From a virus (Duplodnaviria > Caudoviricetes): a DNA stretch of 39,977 nucleotides. This document shows, piece by piece, positions 35,740 through 39,977 of the stretch (positions are counted from its first letter, which is position 1; each line of letters begins with the position of its first letter). The translations under genes were made by a program, and so were the position numbers. The stretch lies in the IMG/VR virus record IMGVR_UViG_3300011337_000036, positions 1 through 39,977 of that record; one strand, given 5' to 3'. The notes beneath the pieces are model-generated. The model had not been told where the DNA came from, searched no databases, and saw only the letters and a program-made list of their open reading frames with translations.

Positions 35740-35997
35740 TAAAAAAAAATAAAAATTGTGGGCGGAGCCACCGTTTCTGTGGCCCTTCGCCGTCGGCCCT
35801 ACCCCCCGCCTCCGGCGGCGCGGCGGGCCACGGCCAGCGCGGCCAAGGTCACTTAGTTCGTGCAACAAACAAACGATGTCAGCCTTGTTGATAACTCAAG
35901 CCTTGCTGATTCCCCAATGACGCGACGCACATACAAACGTAACACATTGATTTCATTAGGTATTTTCCATGTACGATTTACTTAGTTCAACCGCGCT

Positions 35998-36025
35998 ACT
36001 TAATACAGTGTCCATTATGTGAATG
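35998..36025 (+). other. dif-like XerC/XerD recombination site
   Basis: 11-6-11 pseudo-palindrome ACTTAATACAG-TGTCCA-TTATGTGAATG; right arm 8/11 to XerD arm TTATGTTAAAT, spacer 4/6 to TGTATA. Confidence 0.55.
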
Positions 36026-36079
36026 AAAACAGGGGTGTTATGGCCCTTTCTGCTTAATCTTTATACAAATGGCCATATT

Positions 36080-36117
36080 CTGTGGATAACTTTTAGCCAT
36101 TGTCTGTGGGTAACTTT
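36080..36117. promoter_or_regulatory. Tandem DnaA boxes
   Basis: CTGTGGATAACTTT (perfect TTATCCACA on minus) and CTGTGGGTAACTTT 24 bp apart. Confidence 0.6.
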
Positions 36118-36683
36118 GGCGTGACATCGGTTACGTCCATGCCGATCTGGACGCGGGAGCGTGCAGCCTCCAATGCGTCCAATACGCTGATGCGCTCATC
36201 ACGGACGCTAACGTCAATCTTGTCGCCGTACACCTTGGGGTGCAGTTTGGCGGCCACCCACTTGCGTGCGTCCACCTGCAATCGCTTCTGGTTCACCCAG
36301 GCGCTGATCTCCACGCCTTGCAGGTGGCTGGGAATCGGCGCGTCAGCCAGTTCGATGATTTCCTCTGCCATCCGCGACGCTCTATCTTTCTTCGCTCTCT
36401 CGTAGGCTTCAGCCAGCTTTGGATCGGCATCCATAAGCCGATAAGCGTGCGTGTAGCTGAGTCCTGTCTCTTTTAGCGCCGTCGTAAGTGATGAGCCGCC
36501 ACCAACTCTGTCAAAGATTGATTTCCAAACATCACTGCTGTAAACCGGAGGACGGCCAGCGCCTGGCTGGTTCACGCGCGTAGCTTTGCCATAATTTAGC
36601 GCGCTTTCGCCGCATTCCGCTACACATTGACCTGATTCAGCAATACCTGACCCCAATTCAGCGTATTTCGCGCTACTTTCCAC
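36093..36683 (-). CDS. terS: Terminase small subunit
   Basis: GRPPVYS, HTH region, YERAK, RLQVDARKWVAAKLHPKVYGDK (Sf6-type TerS signature); start uncertain, GTG at 36683 chosen. Confidence 0.85.
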   Translation of the reverse strand: MESSAKYAELGSGIAESGQCVAECGESALNYGKATRVNQPGAGRPPVYSSDVWKSIFDRVGGGSSLTTALKETGLSYTHAYRLMDADPKLAEAYERAKKDRASRMAEEIIELADAPIPSHLQGVEISAWVNQKRLQVDARKWVAAKLHPKVYGDKIDVSVRDERISVLDALEAARSRVQIGMDVTDVTPKLPTDNG

Positions 36684-37326
36684 GCTTACCGCCTTGCGCG
36701 TGTATTTCCGCTTTGGCCGTGTCAAAGAGTTTGGTTCCTCGGTATGGTTTGCTGATGTCAATGTCGTTCTCCATGTTTTCAAATCCACTTGATCCTGTAG
36801 TTTGCACTGGCACCATTTTGGTTCCAGGCAATGCTGCCTTAATTTCCCGCACCTGCTTAAGCGTCGGCGCGTTCATAACCGTCTCCAACTCTTCCAGCGT
36901 CCAGATGGAGCGTGCGCCTGGCTCCTTCCTAAATTGCTCGTACCAAATCCTATCCTTCTCCTGCCTCACAACTACCATCAGGCTCCCATCCTGCATCCTA
37001 TGCTCCATACAATCGATTTTAGGCACCCTCTCTAACCCTACCCCTTCAGCCCACCGCGTCAACGCCTTGTAGGCCGCTACAAGCCCCTTGCTGGCCCTCT
37101 CCAACCTTTCCTCGTCCCGCGCCTGCACGGATTCCGCAATCCGTTCCCGCTGCGCGGCAAACTTGCGTCGGAATTCTGCGTCCACCAATTCAAGCACCCG
37201 CCCAATCCCGTAAACCTTTTCATGCTCCAGCTTTGCCAGTTCAACATCCACCGCCAACGCCTGATTCCAAACCTTAAACGAATCTGATGGGTAAACATCA
37301 GTCTCCAACAATTTCTTTGATGCCAT
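36673..37326 (-). CDS. Hypothetical protein
   Basis: 217 aa; AAAGG upstream; between origin repeats and terS. Confidence 0.8.
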   Translation of the reverse strand: MASKKLLETDVYPSDSFKVWNQALAVDVELAKLEHEKVYGIGRVLELVDAEFRRKFAAQRERIAESVQARDEERLERASKGLVAAYKALTRWAEGVGLERVPKIDCMEHRMQDGSLMVVVRQEKDRIWYEQFRKEPGARSIWTLEELETVMNAPTLKQVREIKAALPGTKMVPVQTTGSSGFENMENDIDISKPYRGTKLFDTAKAEIHAQGGKRGK

Positions 37327-37340
37327 CCTTTAATCCTTCC

Positions 37341-37566
37341 ATAGCCGACTTCAAAACATAGCCAACTTCCAAAATCGCGAGATAGCCGAATAGCCGACTT
37401 CATATTGCATTAAGCAATATTATGCAAGTCGGCTATCCGACCACCTATTTCTGGCCGACTTCACGATAGCCAGCTTGCCATGTTTTTACAAGTCGGCTAT
37501 GTTTTCCAAACAATAGTACATAGCCAACTTGCCATGCTTTTATAGCCAACTTCACAAGTCGGCTAT
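37341..37566. repeat. Iteron-like array ATAGCCRACTT, probable replication origin
   Basis: Eight forward (some partial or variant) and three inverted copies with a central AT-rich palindrome, directly downstream of the primase-helicase stop. Confidence 0.8.
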
Positions 37567-39629
37567 CAGAAAGGCGCCACAAACGGCTCATCTTTATCCT
37601 TATCGGGGTAAATAATCCAGCAGTATTCCGCGACATCCGTCTTGTGATACCCGACTAATTCCTTGGCAAACATCGATTTTTTACCCTTGTAAAAGTCTGT
37701 GTTGATGCTGCTGCTGTCACCCTTTAGCTTCACGAATTCCTCTTTCCACTCGTTCACGGTAACCGTTTTATGGCGCTGGTCACCCACATTTGTCATATGC
37801 CCATTGCGTTCTATCGCCTTGTGGATAGCGTTCAGCGCCACCTGCTGGTTCTCCTGCAGCTTCCTTGGCTTCTCTTGGTGGCTGATTGCTTGACTCTGCA
37901 TCTGCTGCTGGATGGCCTCGTCTGATGCCCTGACCGCCAGGCTTATCTGGGCTTCGCTAATGCCTAGCTGGCTCGCCTGAATCTCCACCTTCACCATCTC
38001 AAAGCCAATCTTTAGCCCGTCCTGGCCGTCTTTCTGTTTGCTGATCGTGAGGATCCCACTGCCAGCTATCGGGCTAGACGGGTTTGGTGTAGCGTCAATC
38101 TTCATCAGTTCAAGCTGAGTGTCCACGGCACCCAGCAGGCTTGAATGCCCCCGCAATCCCTTGGTGGCATCCTTCCCACTGTGATGCAGCACCATCATGG
38201 CGCAGTTCAGCATCCGCTGAATCCGTCCCGCGTTGTGGATAAACGCTCCCATGTCCTCGCTATTGTTCTCGTTGCCACCGCCAAACGCTCTGGCTAAGGT
38301 GTCAATCTGTACCAGTTCAAACTGGACACCTGTACGCTCAACCAGATCCTTAATGGATAGCACCAGCAGGTCAAAGTCTTCCGCGCTGCTTCTCAGGTTT
38401 ATCGCGGCCCTGATGACGTAGATTTCAGCACCAGCAGCAGTGGCGTTGTGCATCTTGCAGGCTTTGATGCGTGCTCCGATGCCGCCAAAGCCTTCCCCAG
38501 CTATATATAGGACAGCGCCTGCTGCTTGCACCTCCCGCCCCATCCACGCCCTGCCCGTTGCCACCGCCTCGGCAATGTCAAGCGCGACAAAAGACTTGTA
38601 GCTGCCTGGTGGGCCGTAGAGTGCGCAGAATGCTTTTTTCGGCAGCACATTGTCTATCAGCCACTCCACCGGCTCGTCCTCAATGTCATCCCAGCTTTCG
38701 ATGTTAAGCAATTGCCTCGGTACTAGGATAGGTGGCTCTTCCTCGGGTAACGCTTGCACTTCCTCAATAGTTTCCCGTGGAACAATCCACTCTGGTGTCT
38801 GCACCTGGTCTATGTCGGTAATCACCGGCAAAGCCTTGGCGAGTTCTGCCAGCTTGGCCCGATCCCCGCCATCCGCAACCCACTCATAGGCATCGTCCCC
38901 GAGTTCGGGTAAGTTGAAGTCCAGCACCCGAACAGCTTTAGCTACAGGTAAGAGCGCCTCCACTACCCGCTTGGCGTACTTCCAACCTGGCAGATCGCAG
39001 TCCGGAACCACTATCACTACCGCGCCGGTGAAGTATTGGGTGATGTCTGCCGGCCAATGGCCTGCACCAGCGTGAGACGTAGTGGCAATGGCGCCTATGC
39101 TGACCAGAGCATCGGCAGCCTTCTCTCCTTCCACCAGGTAGATGGCGCGGCCAGCTTCCCTTGCGTTGATGAGTTCCGGCAGGCGGTAGGGCACTATCCG
39201 CGCCCCTGTCATGCTGCCCTTGCGGTTGCCAGCGGCATCCACCTTGTGCAAGCTGTACGTCTTACCCTTCTCGGTGTTGGTCTTGAACCTGCGTTTTACA
39301 AATAGCGTCTCGCCTGACTCGTCCTTGTACTCCCACTCCTGTTCCAACTGCGGCATGGTCATCAATTCACCCTTGATAAGTTGGAGACTGTACTCCTGGC
39401 GCTGAATGCTTGGCAATAAGTTGCGTTCCCGTACAGCGTCAAATACCGAGTGCTGGTCACATCCACCGTGACAGTGGAATAAGAGTTTCCCATTGTCTTC
39501 CTTGATGCTAAGACTCGGGTTCTTGTCACCGTTGCCGCGTCCGTGGCCTGGTACAGGGCAACTTGCCAGCCAGTTCCCGTTCACTTGCTTGGCGTTGCCG
39601 AGGGCTTTGGCTATTGTTTCAGTGTCCAT
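37566..39629 (-). CDS. Primase-helicase (Zn-binding + TOPRIM + RecA-like AAA helicase)
   Basis: CPVPGH...HCHGGC; LVEGEKAADAL, VPDCD; GPPGSYKS, QIDTLAR, LHHSGK, RGHSSL. Confidence 0.92.
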   Translation of the reverse strand: MDTETIAKALGNAKQVNGNWLASCPVPGHGRGNGDKNPSLSIKEDNGKLLFHCHGGCDQHSVFDAVRERNLLPSIQRQEYSLQLIKGELMTMPQLEQEWEYKDESGETLFVKRRFKTNTEKGKTYSLHKVDAAGNRKGSMTGARIVPYRLPELINAREAGRAIYLVEGEKAADALVSIGAIATTSHAGAGHWPADITQYFTGAVVIVVPDCDLPGWKYAKRVVEALLPVAKAVRVLDFNLPELGDDAYEWVADGGDRAKLAELAKALPVITDIDQVQTPEWIVPRETIEEVQALPEEEPPILVPRQLLNIESWDDIEDEPVEWLIDNVLPKKAFCALYGPPGSYKSFVALDIAEAVATGRAWMGREVQAAGAVLYIAGEGFGGIGARIKACKMHNATAAGAEIYVIRAAINLRSSAEDFDLLVLSIKDLVERTGVQFELVQIDTLARAFGGGNENNSEDMGAFIHNAGRIQRMLNCAMMVLHHSGKDATKGLRGHSSLLGAVDTQLELMKIDATPNPSSPIAGSGILTISKQKDGQDGLKIGFEMVKVEIQASQLGISEAQISLAVRASDEAIQQQMQSQAISHQEKPRKLQENQQVALNAIHKAIERNGHMTNVGDQRHKTVTVNEWKEEFVKLKGDSSSINTDFYKGKKSMFAKELVGYHKTDVAEYCWIIYPDKDKDEPFVAPF

Positions 39630-39977
39630 GTCTCGTTCTCAGTTTTTAGGGGAAAAAAAAGCCGGTGGAGATCAACCCACCGGCCACCAGACTACTGGTT
39701 AAAAGAACTCTTCGTCATCCATCACGGGCGCAGGCGCAGGCTTACTAGCCTTGCGTACAGGTGCTGGCTCCGGCTCAACAAAGTCCTCTCCGTCCGCATT
39801 CATGCCTGCGGGACGCGCAACCCAACCCGCCAGCTTGAAGTTCGGCACCCGCGTGTTGCCCTTGCCGACCTTCTCGGCTGTGCTGTTAACGTACTCTATG
39901 ACCGGCAGCTTGCCGCCGTTATCACCGGCAGCTTTGTCGCCCTCGTTGTAGCTTTTTTCAAATCACTTTCATGGCCC
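37607..39977. repeat. Long imperfect terminal direct repeat, copy 2
   Basis: Colinear with 1..2371. Confidence 0.95.
39699..39977 (-). CDS. 3' part of SSB-like gene, second copy (5'-truncated by window end)
   Basis: Encodes ...KLPVIEYVNSTAEK...MDDEEFF*; last ~40 nt carry apparent errors including two TGA. Confidence 0.8.

Noticed and set aside
35797-35804. KOPS motif GGGTAGGG on the minus strand near the dif-like site
   Set aside because: Single 8-mer within a G-run and pointing away from the nearby site; not distinguishable from chance.
37341-37566. Repeat array as a CRISPR array, with the Cas4-like gene as a cas gene
   Set aside because: Repeats are 11 bp, in mixed orientation, with short irregular gaps; solo Cas4-like exonucleases are common phage recombination genes.
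39940-39977. Two TGA stops in the second SSB copy as pseudogene or stop-codon recoding
   Set aside because: Confined to the last bases of the contig among clustered mismatches, typical of a low-quality read tip; TGA is a normal stop elsewhere.

Overview
The window is an essentially complete ~37.6 kb tailed-phage genome with a P22-like head and neck (terS, terL, portal, scaffold, gp5-type coat, gp4/gp10-type neck, three ejection proteins). It also has two tail-fibre gene blocks, an M15 endolysin plus holin, a replication module (primase-helicase, SSB-like protein, Cas4-like exonuclease, RuvC-like resolvase, PAPS-reductase-family protein) and a divergent early operon of small genes. I recognise no integrase, CI-type repressor, DNA polymerase, tRNA or CRISPR array. 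Positions 1-2371 recur at 37607-39977 as a diverged copy with exactly 127 identical leading bases, most likely two strains joined by the assembler. The most interesting area lies between terS and terL. It holds a 479-aa putative virion-delivered effector with a low-GC C-terminal domain, facing a small antisense gene with its own leaderless sigma70-type promoter (candidate effector/immunity pair). Beside it is a ~400-bp non-coding stretch with a dif-like XerCD site, DnaA boxes and a GC-rich/T-tract element. Other highlights are four unannotated membrane micropeptides in the early operon, four 17-bp operators, an 11-bp iteron origin, a G9 tract in the PAPS-reductase gene and three tandem paralogous tail-tip genes. 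All functional calls come from motif recognition by eye; no searches were run.
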